A stretch of DNA of 64,000 bases, from positions 160,001 through 224,000 of the IMG/VR virus record IMGVR_UViG_3300035208_002098; one strand, given 5' to 3'. Shown piece by piece: positions 26,228 through 34,496 of the stretch. Every line of letters starts with the position of its first letter. Positions within the stretch are counted from its first letter, which is position 1. The stretch is from a virus (lineage: Duplodnaviria > Caudoviricetes). The position numbers and the translations under genes were made by a program. The notes under the pieces are model-generated. The model had not been told where the DNA came from. It saw only the letters and a list, made by a program, of their open reading frames with translations, and searched no databases.

Positions 26228-27037
26228 TTACGGGTTTAATAATTCTTCACCGTTATTTTCTATATCATCTAGTGATGATATTTTAAATTTATAGAATCCG
26301 TATTCTGATATAATATCCTTTTCTTCAGGTACCTTAGTTTCAATATCCCATAATAAGTAACCATGTTTACTAATACTTTCACCGAAATCTTGTTGTATTA
26401 AACTAGATGGATACCAAATAGGTACATTATCTTTATTTATTTGTTGCCTTTTATGAATATCACCCAACATTACAATATCACAACCATCAAAATTGTCTAC
26501 TTCTACACCATCTTCAAATTCATACCCTAAATTTGTTGTTGCACCAACCATTGGTGCATGAAGTAAACCAATAAATGTTTTATTTGGATTTTCAAGTCTT
26601 GCAGCCTCGATATCAGGTCTTTTATTCTCTTCAAAAATAGAATAATTACACCAAACAATATTATCGTCAACATAACATAAACTTTCCTTATAAAACTTAA
26701 TATCTGGGTTATCCATTAATGTTATTACTGGTGTTAAACTATCTAATCTATCTTTATTATTCTCTAATAAATCGTGATTACCGGCTATAATTATTGTAGG
26801 TGCTAACTTAGCACATCGTTTAAGAAACCAAGCTATAAAAGTTAATTGTTCATTAGATATAGTTATTTTTTGGTGAACCAAATCACCTACTATAACTATT
26901 CTAATCTCTTCCTTAGAAAAACCACTAATTTCTTTTTTAACACTTTTAAAGAATTCAACAGAAATTTCTTGGTATTCTTCGTGTCGTTTAAATGTTCGAA
27001 CATGAAGGTCCGAAATATGTATTACCTTTTTTATCAT
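26228..27037 (-). CDS. SbcD/Mre11 (T4 gp47-like) metallophosphoesterase nuclease
   Basis: SDLH, GDLVH, GNHD, LGDIH motifs. Confidence 0.92.
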   Translation of the reverse strand: MIKKVIHISDLHVRTFKRHEEYQEISVEFFKSVKKEISGFSKEEIRIVIVGDLVHQKITISNEQLTFIAWFLKRCAKLAPTIIIAGNHDLLENNKDRLDSLTPVITLMDNPDIKFYKESLCYVDDNIVWCNYSIFEENKRPDIEAARLENPNKTFIGLLHAPMVGATTNLGYEFEDGVEVDNFDGCDIVMLGDIHKRQQINKDNVPIWYPSSLIQQDFGESISKHGYLLWDIETKVPEEKDIISEYGFYKFKISSLDDIENNGEELLNP

Positions 27038-27549
27038 TATATATGTAAATAATTATTCATAAGTAGTAATGTACTCATTAGATTAGCGAAACATATCACT
27101 TCTATATTCCAAATCATATGTTCTTTATTACCGATTAAATATAATATAAGTGTTTCAATTAATATAAACCCACCTACAATTAATCCAAGATTAAAATTTA
27201 ATAATGTTATACCAATATAACACCCTAATATACCACCAATAGCACCCACCATGTGAATGATAAATTTCCATTTAGTTTGTATTCTACTAAATATACCAAC
27301 TAAAGATAATAACAAACCCGATATTAAAAATGCTGGGCTACCCCAACCAATACCACTTAATATAATGGCCGTAGCTAATATCCAAATGAAAAAACGAAAT
27401 GTGTTCCTATATCTCCATTCTAAATCATAAAATGAAATTGATATAGATTTCTGTATACCGTATCTACCCCATATATATGAGATATATTCTAAAAAATCGA
27501 CAATACCTAATAACAATGCAATATTTTTAATCAATTCTAGTGTCACCAT
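27037..27549 (-). CDS. Multi-pass membrane protein
   Basis: About six hydrophobic segments. Confidence 0.75.
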   Translation of the reverse strand: MVTLELIKNIALLLGIVDFLEYISYIWGRYGIQKSISISFYDLEWRYRNTFRFFIWILATAIILSGIGWGSPAFLISGLLLSLVGIFSRIQTKWKFIIHMVGAIGGILGCYIGITLLNFNLGLIVGGFILIETLILYLIGNKEHMIWNIEVICFANLMSTLLLMNNYLHI

Positions 27550-27551
27550 AC

Positions 27552-28118
27552 TTACTTAATATTATTTAATTTGTTATGACATTCTCTAATAATAAAAGCG
27601 TCCCACATTGCATTATGTTTAATTTTTTTAAATTTACGTGGTATTGTAATTTCACCAACAAATTCTTCTCTTGAAATATCTGGGTCAATACCTTTTTCTC
27701 TAAAAGATGTACAAATATCAAATGGAATATAATATACGTTCTCAGGTATGTTAAATGCATGACCAAATATTTGGTTAAATAACATCCAATCATATGTTAA
27801 ACAATCTGACCACATTTCAATTTCCCCAAATTGGTCCAACCATTTAATTAATTCAATGTGTAATGAATCTATATCTCCAAAATGTTGTATATCACCCGTT
27901 TTTTTATCTTCTATTGTAGTCCAAGGGTCTTCTTTTAGTATTAGATTTTCTATTACATTTGTTTTAATCCATTCATCTATTTGTAATTCATCATAATCAA
28001 ATAACTCAGCATAAAATGTTTTACCACACTCAGATATTAAACCAATCGATATTAATGTTGTTTTTTGATGCAAACCAGTAAATTCGGTGTCAAAAAAAAT
28101 TTTTTTCTTAATAGTCAT
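27552..28118 (-). CDS. DEDDh 3'-5' exoribonuclease (Rv2179c-like)
   Basis: FFDTEFTGL, LISIGL, YDW, HNAMWDA. Confidence 0.85.
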   Translation of the reverse strand: MTIKKKIFFDTEFTGLHQKTTLISIGLISECGKTFYAELFDYDELQIDEWIKTNVIENLILKEDPWTTIEDKKTGDIQHFGDIDSLHIELIKWLDQFGEIEMWSDCLTYDWMLFNQIFGHAFNIPENVYYIPFDICTSFREKGIDPDISREEFVGEITIPRKFKKIKHNAMWDAFIIRECHNKLNNIK

Positions 28119-28488
28119 AATTTTTTATTTTAATTAGTTTTTCGTTATATATGTTATAAATTTTTATTATATTATTTTCAATATTATTTGTAAACTGTAC
28201 TTCGTAACGACCACATAATATTGATGATTCAGCATTATAATATTCAAACTCATAAAAAAGTGGAGCAAGAATATGATGAGTTAAAATATTAGTACCACCC
28301 ATTATACCACTACTCTTAAAAATTTTAGCTGATTGTTGATTTATTTTAGTTAATAAAGTTTTATTCCAATTCATTTGATTGTATAAATTATTACCAACCC
28401 ATTGTTTATAATCCCATGAATTTGAATCAAATAGAATATAATCATATTTAAAACTAAAATTTTTGGTTTTATAATCAATAAAATCCAT
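28108..28488 (-). CDS. Major-capsid-protein fragment-like protein
   Basis: WDY..WNKTLLTKINQQSAKIFKSSGIMGG..FEYY..LCGRYEV; aligns with 18654..18848. Confidence 0.65.
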   Translation of the reverse strand: MDFIDYKTKNFSFKYDYILFDSNSWDYKQWVGNNLYNQMNWNKTLLTKINQQSAKIFKSSGIMGGTNILTHHILAPLFYEFEYYNAESSILCGRYEVQFTNNIENNIIKIYNIYNEKLIKIKNYDY

Positions 28489-28489
28489 G

Positions 28490-29248
28490 TTATTTACCAG
28501 CTAATTCCATTTGATATTTATGATGTTTTAATAACTTTTCAGCCTCATGTTTCATATACATCAAATTTATTTTAGAGAATTTCTCAGTCTTTTTATCGAA
28601 ATATAAAGCATATAATTGTCTACATTTTCTACCAGTTGAAACCTCATACATATAAGCATATACACTTAATTGTAGTGTATATACCACAAATTGACAATCC
28701 TGTAAATGTGAAAATGGTTGTTTTAATGTTTGTTTGTATTGTGAATAAAAGTTAAAAACTTTATTTGTTTTAAAATCACCAACATCAAAAAATACATCAT
28801 CTATGTCTATAACTAAATCCGATGTACCAGCTAATTTATACTCTTCTGAAAATAAAGCTAGTTCTGGGTGTACTTGAATACCTTCATCTAATTCTAATTC
28901 ATCAAATGCACGACAAACCCTAACATCAAAATCATTATCCGGGAAAAACCATTTTTTAGCTAATAAATATTTTTCGAGTACTTCGTGTACGTGTGTACCA
29001 TAAGCATTTGCAGTATCATTAATTTCTTGCCAATAAGCTATTAACCTATCTTTAGACATACCAATATAATCCTTATTTTTCTTTGGGTCTAAATCAGATT
29101 GTTTTGATATTGCAGTTGCTACAGCTTCTGTATCAAATTCGTGTTCTATACTTGATATTACAGTAGTAACTGATGTAAAAATTTCACCAGTTTCAATATG
29201 ATGATATTTATGAGCTATTGGTTCTAATACTACCTTTGATTTATACAT
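28490..29248 (-). CDS. PD-(D/E)xK (RecB/Cas4-like) exonuclease
   Basis: SVTT, GTHVH, AGTSDL, DFKTNK, LQLSVYA. Confidence 0.88.
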   Translation of the reverse strand: MYKSKVVLEPIAHKYHHIETGEIFTSVTTVISSIEHEFDTEAVATAISKQSDLDPKKNKDYIGMSKDRLIAYWQEINDTANAYGTHVHEVLEKYLLAKKWFFPDNDFDVRVCRAFDELELDEGIQVHPELALFSEEYKLAGTSDLVIDIDDVFFDVGDFKTNKVFNFYSQYKQTLKQPFSHLQDCQFVVYTLQLSVYAYMYEVSTGRKCRQLYALYFDKKTEKFSKINLMYMKHEAEKLLKHHKYQMELAGK

Positions 29249-29267
29249 ATTTCTATTTAATTAATAA

Positions 29268-29298
29268 CAAAGATATATAATATTTTATATTATTTCAA
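29268..29298 (-). promoter_or_regulatory. Bacteroidota-type promoter
   Basis: TTG-N20-TATCTTTG. Confidence 0.75.
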
Positions 29299-29321
29299 GA
29301 TATTTATGTAAAAAGAACTTA

Positions 29322-29858
29322 ATGGATAACTATATTAAAAAATTACTTAGAGAATACTATGATGACTACAACGATATAGATATTAGCTCATTCACAGATG
29401 CTGATATGGATAATATGGCATACCAAACAGTTAAACAACTTAAAATAGATAATAAAACTAAAGAGTTACTTAAAAATATTAATTGGACTGAAATTAAAGT
29501 TTCTAGAAAAAGTAATGACTTTTTACGTATTATTTTACCGTATGGTAAATTTTCTGAAGGTATATACGTGATGATTTCAGTTGATTCTGATGGGTTAAAT
29601 CATATGCATATAGAATTAGCTAAATCATTACAAAGTTTAGGCTTAGGTTATAAGATTCATAAAGCAGTTATAAATTATATAGGTCATATTTATTCACCAG
29701 TAGCTGATAGGAAAAATAAATTAATTAATAATGTATATAATCGTCTATCTAACGACCCAGATTTAGAATGTTTTAGAAATAAAGCTAATAGTGATATTTG
29801 TTTTATGAAAAATAAGGTAAATAAGATTTTATTAAGTAAATTCTCTAAGTTAACTTAA
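29322..29858 (+). CDS. GNAT-like protein with IKKLLRE leader
   Basis: HIELAKSLQSLGLGYKIH resembles the acetyl-CoA motif QxxGxG; ATATTTAT at 29300. Confidence 0.5.
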   Translation: MDNYIKKLLREYYDDYNDIDISSFTDADMDNMAYQTVKQLKIDNKTKELLKNINWTEIKVSRKSNDFLRIILPYGKFSEGIYVMISVDSDGLNHMHIELAKSLQSLGLGYKIHKAVINYIGHIYSPVADRKNKLINNVYNRLSNDPDLECFRNKANSDICFMKNKVNKILLSKFSKLT

Positions 29859-30808
29859 TATTTAAACCGGGTTAACCTCTTAGCTGTTCGTAATACTTTA
29901 ATTACTTCCTTCCTACCAAAATCTTGGTGAATTTTAGCGATATCGTAATCACGTGGTAATATAACTATCTTAACTAAATGACCTATTGGTGTATAAAATA
30001 ATTGTTTATATAAATTTTCAGCATCTTTCTCGGCATCAGCATCTAATACAATGACTATATTACCCTTTGCTTTAGTAATTAATGTTTCTAATAATAAATC
30101 TGATATATATTTTCCTAATAACGGTATTGAGTTAGGTGTTACAATGTGGTCAAATGGTCCTTCAACTAAATAAATTGTCGCATCCCATTTTATTTTATTT
30201 TCGTTAAATATTATAAAACTTTTATCACTTTCATCATTCATGTATTTTGGTTTAACCCAAGAAAATGCTCTGCCAACAAAATAATTTAATTCTTCACAAC
30301 TATCATACGATGGTATTACAACACGTAAAAAATGTTTACCACTACTTGTATACCCAATGTTATAATAATCTATTATATCTTGTGTAATACGCCTTCCTTT
30401 TAAATACTTCATAGCTTCTTGGTATCTGCTATCGTAAATGTATTTATCTTTAAGTGATAAAAAAGTTTCTGGTAATTTAACCTCAACTAATTGCTTTTCT
30501 TCAGAACCATATTTATCTATTTTGGAATCTGGTTTTATTATAAGGTATTGTTTTAGATGTTTTTTCTGACCATATTTCCTAATTAACGATGGTATATACC
30601 CACTCATATGGTTGGTGTCCTTACAAGACCAACATTTATAAACACCCTTTTCGTAATTTACTTCTAAGTTACCCTTACCGTCACCACCAATTAAATCTTT
30701 ATCTGCAGCACAGGCTGGACAGTCAAAAGAAATTTGTCCTTTTTCTTCTGTATGTTTCCTAGGTTCACCTAAAAAATCGGATAATATATCTACTATAAAC
30801 GAGCTCAT
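29855..30808 (-). CDS. DNA primase
   Basis: CPAC...CWSC zinc finger, TOPRIM VEGPFD and LDADA. Confidence 0.92.
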   Translation of the reverse strand: MSSFIVDILSDFLGEPRKHTEEKGQISFDCPACAADKDLIGGDGKGNLEVNYEKGVYKCWSCKDTNHMSGYIPSLIRKYGQKKHLKQYLIIKPDSKIDKYGSEEKQLVEVKLPETFLSLKDKYIYDSRYQEAMKYLKGRRITQDIIDYYNIGYTSSGKHFLRVVIPSYDSCEELNYFVGRAFSWVKPKYMNDESDKSFIIFNENKIKWDATIYLVEGPFDHIVTPNSIPLLGKYISDLLLETLITKAKGNIVIVLDADAEKDAENLYKQLFYTPIGHLVKIVILPRDYDIAKIHQDFGRKEVIKVLRTAKRLTRFKY

Positions 30809-30814
30809 TATCTG

Positions 30815-30845
30815 CAAAGATACTAAAAAAAAATAAAAGTAACAA
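30815..30845 (-). promoter_or_regulatory. Bacteroidota-type promoter
   Basis: TTG-N20-TATCTTTG. Confidence 0.75.
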
Positions 30846-30875
30846 TATTTTTAGATATTTATATAAAAATTAAAT

Positions 30876-31289
30876 ATGAATTTAAGTAAATTACTTCGTG
30901 AACGATTATTAGAATATGATAATAATATATTAACTGTATATCATGGTACTAATTCAAAACATTTAAATAATATTTTGAATAATGGTTTAGTTGATAAAAC
31001 TAGTAATTATAATAGTGCTTCGTGGTATATGGTTTCAACTGATTTAAATAGTGCTTTATTTCACGCAACCCCACAAGATGAAGACGATGTTGTATATGTA
31101 ATTGAATTTAATATACCGGTAACCGATAATGATAGGTGGTTTGGGTTTCCATATTTATGGAAAGGTTATGTTAGAAATGATAAATCGACTTGGTTTGCGT
31201 TAAAACAACCATTAACTAAAAATATGATTAATAAGGTACATAAAATAGGTAAAGATATTTGGTTAAAACAGAAAAACGATAAGTATTAA
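30876..31289 (+). CDS. ADP-ribosyltransferase-fold protein with KLLRE leader
   Basis: VYHGT..ILNNGL..YMVSTDLNSALFHA; ATATTTATA at 30855. Confidence 0.6.
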   Translation: MNLSKLLRERLLEYDNNILTVYHGTNSKHLNNILNNGLVDKTSNYNSASWYMVSTDLNSALFHATPQDEDDVVYVIEFNIPVTDNDRWFGFPYLWKGYVRNDKSTWFALKQPLTKNMINKVHKIGKDIWLKQKNDKY

Positions 31290-31759
31290 AAAGTTAATAT
31301 ACAGTTTAATGGTTCAACGACTATCTTTATGGTTTGTATATCATCATTTTCATAAGATAATTCACCAAAATCTATCAATTTAATCCTTTTAACATTAATT
31401 AACCAATCTTCAATTACAACACCAGTCACATCCAAACTTTTAATATTAAAAGAAAATAAAGGTCCTCTAGTAAAAATACTCCTTTTTTTAGGTAATGAAT
31501 TATATAAATATTGTGACATAGATGGATGTATAGGGTCATACAATTCAATAATAATATCTTCCCATTTTTCACTATATTTAGGTTTACTTATACTAGATAT
31601 AAAAAATTCGTCAATATTCCTGAAATTAATTAGAAATCTACTAGTTCTTTTCGGTTCATACATTGGTTGTAATGGTATACCAGAAAATTTTGTCGTTGTA
31701 TCTCTAAAGAAACTAAATACTTTTGTAAACTTATATCCGGAACCAAATATTAGTCCCAT
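31286..31759 (-). CDS. FGxGYK-tagged divergent tail-tube-like protein
   Basis: MGLIFGSGYKFTKVFSF then YEPKRTSRF..LYDPIHPS..LDVTGVVIEDW..DFGELSY..CIL (gp19-like); lies among replication genes. Confidence 0.7.
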   Translation of the reverse strand: MGLIFGSGYKFTKVFSFFRDTTTKFSGIPLQPMYEPKRTSRFLINFRNIDEFFISSISKPKYSEKWEDIIIELYDPIHPSMSQYLYNSLPKKRSIFTRGPLFSFNIKSLDVTGVVIEDWLINVKRIKLIDFGELSYENDDIQTIKIVVEPLNCILTF

Positions 31760-32421
31760 AAACCGTCTTTTCTCATTTTACCCATAACTGCAGCATATGC
31801 ATCAGTCATATCGTAATTTTCCTTCATTAAGACTTTGTTTTTATCGTATAACCAAATTATTTGTGGTTCCAAATCAAATACTTTTTTCCAAATAACCTCT
31901 TTTTTATCAATATCATAAGCATAACCACCAAATAAAACCGGGTCTTTCTTAGCAATAGCAGCTGGAGTGAATCTATTACCTTTTTTATCTTCAGTTCTTT
32001 TTTGCATTAATTCTGGAAACCCATATGCTCTAGCATCATATGATGATATAAATTCAGGTACTATACCAAGTAAATCGTAACATGCTTTACTAACCATACC
32101 ATTAAATCGTAATAATGTAGCTACTGTATTAACATTATTAGACCCTAATAATGGTTCCTCAATTATAATCTTTTTAATACCAATATCAGTATATTTCATC
32201 AAAAATTCATCACGAAATATGTTTGACTTAATGAATAATTCTTCCATTTTACTTTCAACCTTCGGTTTAACCTTTGGTGCAATATGATGTAATAATTTTA
32301 ATTCACCTTTTCTACCTTTATCTTCAAATAAAGAAACTCCAATTGTTTTTGTTGACACATCTAGGCCCATTATAAAATTTTTCCCTTTATTAATTTTATC
32401 TTCAAACGTTTTATCTTCCAT
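31750..32421 (-). CDS. RuvC-like Holliday junction resolvase
   Basis: GLDVSTKTIG, IIIEEP, DMTDAYA; start MEDKTF at 32421. Confidence 0.85.
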   Translation of the reverse strand: MEDKTFEDKINKGKNFIMGLDVSTKTIGVSLFEDKGRKGELKLLHHIAPKVKPKVESKMEELFIKSNIFRDEFLMKYTDIGIKKIIIEEPLLGSNNVNTVATLLRFNGMVSKACYDLLGIVPEFISSYDARAYGFPELMQKRTEDKKGNRFTPAAIAKKDPVLFGGYAYDIDKKEVIWKKVFDLEPQIIWLYDKNKVLMKENYDMTDAYAAVMGKMRKDGLWD

Positions 32422-32425
32422 ATTT

Positions 32426-33205
32426 TTAATTTTTATATTCCCATTTATAATTACCAGCTGTTTTTTGTTTATCGTTACAAACTTTAGTAATACCACTTTT
32501 AATATTAACACCTATTTGAGCTTCCTTTATTGATTCCCAAATTTTAATTATATTACCATCTAAATCTAATTGAATAACTTCTTTATGTAAAGCTTTAGCT
32601 ATTTTATTTTTCGTTTCTTTATTATGTTCTTTACCATACATTGGATGTTTATCACCTGAATATTTACCTTTGTGTGCTTCACTTAATTTAACCTTTAATT
32701 TAATCCCTTCATTAACACCATAAATTTCTTCATATGTCTTACCAGTTTTTTCTGATTTTTTACCCTTTAATGATTTAGTTAAATTATTTTGGTGTTCTAC
32801 GGACCTAGGTTTTTCATTTAACCATGGAATTGGTTTACCACTTTTATTTTGAGACATTTTCTTCTTAGTTTCATCACTATGTTTCCTACCTTTAGTTGAT
32901 GGTGGTTGGTCACCACCAATGGTAGAATTTGTTAGTCTAGCACCAACCATTTTAAAATACGAAATATAAAATTGTTCCCAAAAACACCAATTATCATTTA
33001 AAACTTCATCAATAATTATTATTTCAGGTTTAGTATCATTACTAATTATTTTTCTAATCCACCTATCTTTATAACTATCATGTTTAAATCGTTCTGAGAT
33101 GTGTTTTCTTAATCTCATTATTGGATTCACACTTTTACCAACATATCTTATTTCATTATTAATAGGGTCAATTAAACCATAAATATATACTTTCACATTT
33201 TCCAT
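32426..33205 (-). CDS. GIY-YIG homing endonuclease with NUMOD-type repeats
   Basis: YIYGL..RYVGKS..R..H, HSDETKKKMS repeats, C-terminal KTAGNYKWEY. Confidence 0.9.
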   Translation of the reverse strand: MENVKVYIYGLIDPINNEIRYVGKSVNPIMRLRKHISERFKHDSYKDRWIRKIISNDTKPEIIIIDEVLNDNWCFWEQFYISYFKMVGARLTNSTIGGDQPPSTKGRKHSDETKKKMSQNKSGKPIPWLNEKPRSVEHQNNLTKSLKGKKSEKTGKTYEEIYGVNEGIKLKVKLSEAHKGKYSGDKHPMYGKEHNKETKNKIAKALHKEVIQLDLDGNIIKIWESIKEAQIGVNIKSGITKVCNDKQKTAGNYKWEYKN

Positions 33206-33235
33206 ATATTATAAATATATTAAAAATTGTGAAAA

Positions 33236-33268
33236 TCATTTTGTTGACACATCTAATCCTAAAATCAT
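33236..33268 (-). pseudogene. Stranded 5' end of the RuvC-like gene (MILGLDVSTK*)
   Basis: 17-bp exact repeat 33239..33255 = 32347..32363. Confidence 0.85.
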
Positions 33269-33289
33269 AAAACTTTTTTTAAATATTTA

Positions 33290-34495
33290 TTATACCGTGA
33301 TTTTAACCTCTACTCTGAAATACATATTGTTAAGTAGATGAGCTTCACTCAATTTGGCTATTGCGACTAACATTTTATCTTTATCATATAACCCAATTTC
33401 AGTTAATTTAGGTGTATCAACACCATAAGTAAAGGTTGGGTTGGTAGATTTTCTAAATTCACTTGTTTGAGCATCGCAAACTATTGATTGACTAATATCT
33501 GTTACAATACTATTAAATGAAATAGTTGTTGCTGTTGAATCAATTCCTTCAACAAAACTATTAACTATTTCTGGTTGTGTTATAACTATAAACCCTTTAT
33601 CTAAATAAGCTACACCTACTGAAGTATCAGCAGTATACCCTTGTGAAACACTGGTGGTGTAATTAAATAATGACTTATTACCAAGACTAAAGGGTTTAGT
33701 TGCGTCATAACCGGTTGCCCAACTATTAGTAATAGTACCATTAGGTCGTTTAATAACATCTGAGAATAATAATGTAATATTATCACCAATTGTTGGCGTT
33801 ATATCACTAGATGTTTCTCTAATATTAGTATCTTGTGTTATATAACTAGTATAATTTCTTTGATATGTACCATAACAAGTATATGTTGCAGCACTTGTTG
33901 TTATATCTAATTTAATTGTTTTTCCATCAATTATTTCACCATATTGTGAATTTGGTATCGCAATAACTAAAATATTAGTATTTACTAACCCAGAAATAGC
34001 GGTATCAAGATAACCACCATTAATATTTAATGTATTATATTTATTAATATCAGTATTTTTTAGTGGTAATCCAAATGTATTGAAAAGATTAACTAATGAA
34101 TCAGTTGTATAATTTGACTTATTAACTATGTTTTGTTCTAATGTATTACCAGATATGGTTGTTAACCCTAAATAACCTACACTTTCAATAACATCAAATG
34201 ACCCACTACCAACAGGTTTATATAAATCCCCAACACTATTATATATTAATTTATTTCTAACACTAATATTATTGGTTACACTATTAGTTGAACCACTATA
34301 GTAATTTAAGTTACCACCATCACCCGGTACTTCACCACCACTTAAGGTTTTAATTGTTTGGTAATTAGCGTCAGAATCACCTAGTGAAAAATATGAAACA
34401 AAGTCTACATTACTAGTTGATAAAAGTTTTTTTCTTCCGTATGGAGTTAGTCTCGCTGTAACGGTCATTGTTGTTGAACTTGATATATATCCCAT
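33290..34495 (-). CDS. Virion structural (tail/baseplate) protein
   Basis: LTPYGR..FSLGDSD N-motif and TEIGLYD..LVAIAKL C-motif; paralog of the next gene. Confidence 0.7.
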   Translation of the reverse strand: MGYISSSTTMTVTARLTPYGRKKLLSTSNVDFVSYFSLGDSDANYQTIKTLSGGEVPGDGGNLNYYSGSTNSVTNNISVRNKLIYNSVGDLYKPVGSGSFDVIESVGYLGLTTISGNTLEQNIVNKSNYTTDSLVNLFNTFGLPLKNTDINKYNTLNINGGYLDTAISGLVNTNILVIAIPNSQYGEIIDGKTIKLDITTSAATYTCYGTYQRNYTSYITQDTNIRETSSDITPTIGDNITLLFSDVIKRPNGTITNSWATGYDATKPFSLGNKSLFNYTTSVSQGYTADTSVGVAYLDKGFIVITQPEIVNSFVEGIDSTATTISFNSIVTDISQSIVCDAQTSEFRKSTNPTFTYGVDTPKLTEIGLYDKDKMLVAIAKLSEAHLLNNMYFRVEVKITV

Positions 34496-34496
34496 T

